Part shown: in pieces, positions 63,128 through 64,000 of the stretch
Layout: every line of letters begins with the position of its first letter
Position numbering within the stretch: position 1 is the stretch's first letter
IMG/VR virus record: IMGVR_UViG_3300005461_000343
Source: an uncultured virus (IMG/VR IMGVR_UViG_3300005461_000343)
Taxonomy: Duplodnaviria > Heunggongvirae > Uroviricota > Caudoviricetes
Length of the DNA stretch: 64,000 bases
Direction: 5' to 3' (one strand)
The notes under the pieces: generated by a model
Told to the model about the DNA's origin: nothing
Seen by the model: the letters and a program-made list of their open reading frames with translations, nothing else
Database searches by the model: none
Translations under genes and position numbers: made by a program

Positions 63128-64000
63128 GAATCCAACTGTATTTTTCGTTTGTATTTTCTGTTCCTCCTTCATCGTTTAAAGGGATATGCCTGCCCTTACT
63201 AGAAGAACCTCCCGATCCGATCACCCTATCAAACTCATCGTATAATTCCGGGAAATTCTGAATATTACTCATGACAATAGCGGCTTGTTTGGTCTTTTGG
63301 TCTCCACCTTCACCAAGCTGCCACGTTACATCCGATACGCTCTTGTTTTTATCTTTATTTTCCTCCGCATACTCCAACATCCTCTTATACATATAAGCGA
63401 TAACCCCATCTTTATCCTTACCGGACAAAGTGAAACGTTTACCGTTTCTGCCGATGATGTCAATAGACTTATCCGCCCCAGATCCATTAGCTTTAGCGGT
63501 ACGATATTGCTCAAGACTACGGAGATTGGATTGCCTTATACCCAACTCTCTCTCTTTATATGCGGCATCCTGTTTCATCTTCCGCTCCTCCCTGTCATTC
63601 TTTATTGCGAATTGAGCGGCACTTTGCGCTATCTTGGCTTTTGCCAAATCATTCTGGGCTTTTCTAGCTTGATCCTGTCTATACAGAGATAACGCCCTTT
63701 GATAATTATTCATATCGTTTTGCCTTGCGGCCAGATATCCGGCCCCATATCTTTGCCTGATAGCCTCCAACCTGTCAGAATAAGATTGTAGTTTAGGATC
63801 AGCTACGGTAGGTAGTTTCTGCGAAGGTGCCTCTCCCGCAAATGCCAAATTGGAGAAGGAAGACAACACATTGCCTAGATGCCCGATTCCAGTAGCTACG
63901 GAAGCGGCCCTTTTTCTCCTCTCCTCCTCCTCTTGGCTTATCGGCTTTTGAAAAAGCGTCTCATATAACCTTTGGTTCCATTGGTAATCGTTCATTTGAG
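63117..64000 (-). CDS. Putative DNA ejection/internal virion protein (5' end probably outside the window)
   Basis: A/G-rich amphipathic segment followed by a Q/R/A-rich coiled coil; frame open to the window edge; overlaps the start of the giant gene. Confidence 0.55.
   Translation of the reverse strand, partial: QMNDYQWNQRLYETLFQKPISQEEEERRKRAASVATGIGHLGNVLSSFSNLAFAGEAPSQKLPTVADPKLQSYSDRLEAIRQRYGAGYLAARQNDMNNYQRALSLYRQDQARKAQNDLAKAKIAQSAAQFAIKNDREERKMKQDAAYKERELGIRQSNLRSLEQYRTAKANGSGADKSIDIIGRNGKRFTLSGKDKDGVIAYMYKRMLEYAEENKDKNKSVSDVTWQLGEGGDQKTKQAAIVMSNIQNFPELYDEFDRVIGSGGSSSKGRHIPLNDEGGTENTNEKYSWIHGF

Larger units (their letters stand above)
3828..64000. mobile_element. Integrated temperate prophage with podovirus-like virion module; right end outside the window
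   Basis: Repressor switch, recombination and replication genes, portal, TerL, capsid, tail fibres, lysis genes and a polyvalent DarB-like protein. Gene content changes abruptly after clpC. Confidence 0.95.

Overview
Bacteroidales chromosome; the promoter style and gene content suggest Parabacteroides, which is an inference. Positions 1-3734 hold host gyrA (minus strand, cut by the window edge) and clpC. From an att junction at about 3828-3845 (the 3' end of a minus-strand tRNA, followed by its terminator) to the window end lies a prophage of at least 60 kb with a podovirus-like virion module. No integrase is in the window. Gene order: cI/cro-like switch, two tRNAs plus a tRNA-like RNA, recombination and replication genes, a mosaic of early accessory genes with several deletion scars, virion genes split into alternating-strand blocks, a five-gene unknown module, a lysis cassette, two mosaic tail fibres, capsid and scaffold, rhomboid protease and TerL, a roughly 700-nt structured non-coding region, a J-domain moron, and a giant (about 4,740 aa) DarB-like polyvalent protein. 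Strongest leads: (1) a rhomboid intramembrane protease beside TerL, together with a putative major capsid protein that carries an N-terminal membrane anchor; (2) three protein-like genes overprinted in the +1 frame inside linkers of the giant protein; (3) a dispersed and arrayed family of GNRA hairpins preceded by segments antisense to translation-start-like sequences; (4) a D-stem-less tRNA-like RNA with a G3:U70 pair; (5) a phage protein that mimics a segment of RpoB. All protein calls come from motif recognition by eye; no searches were run.
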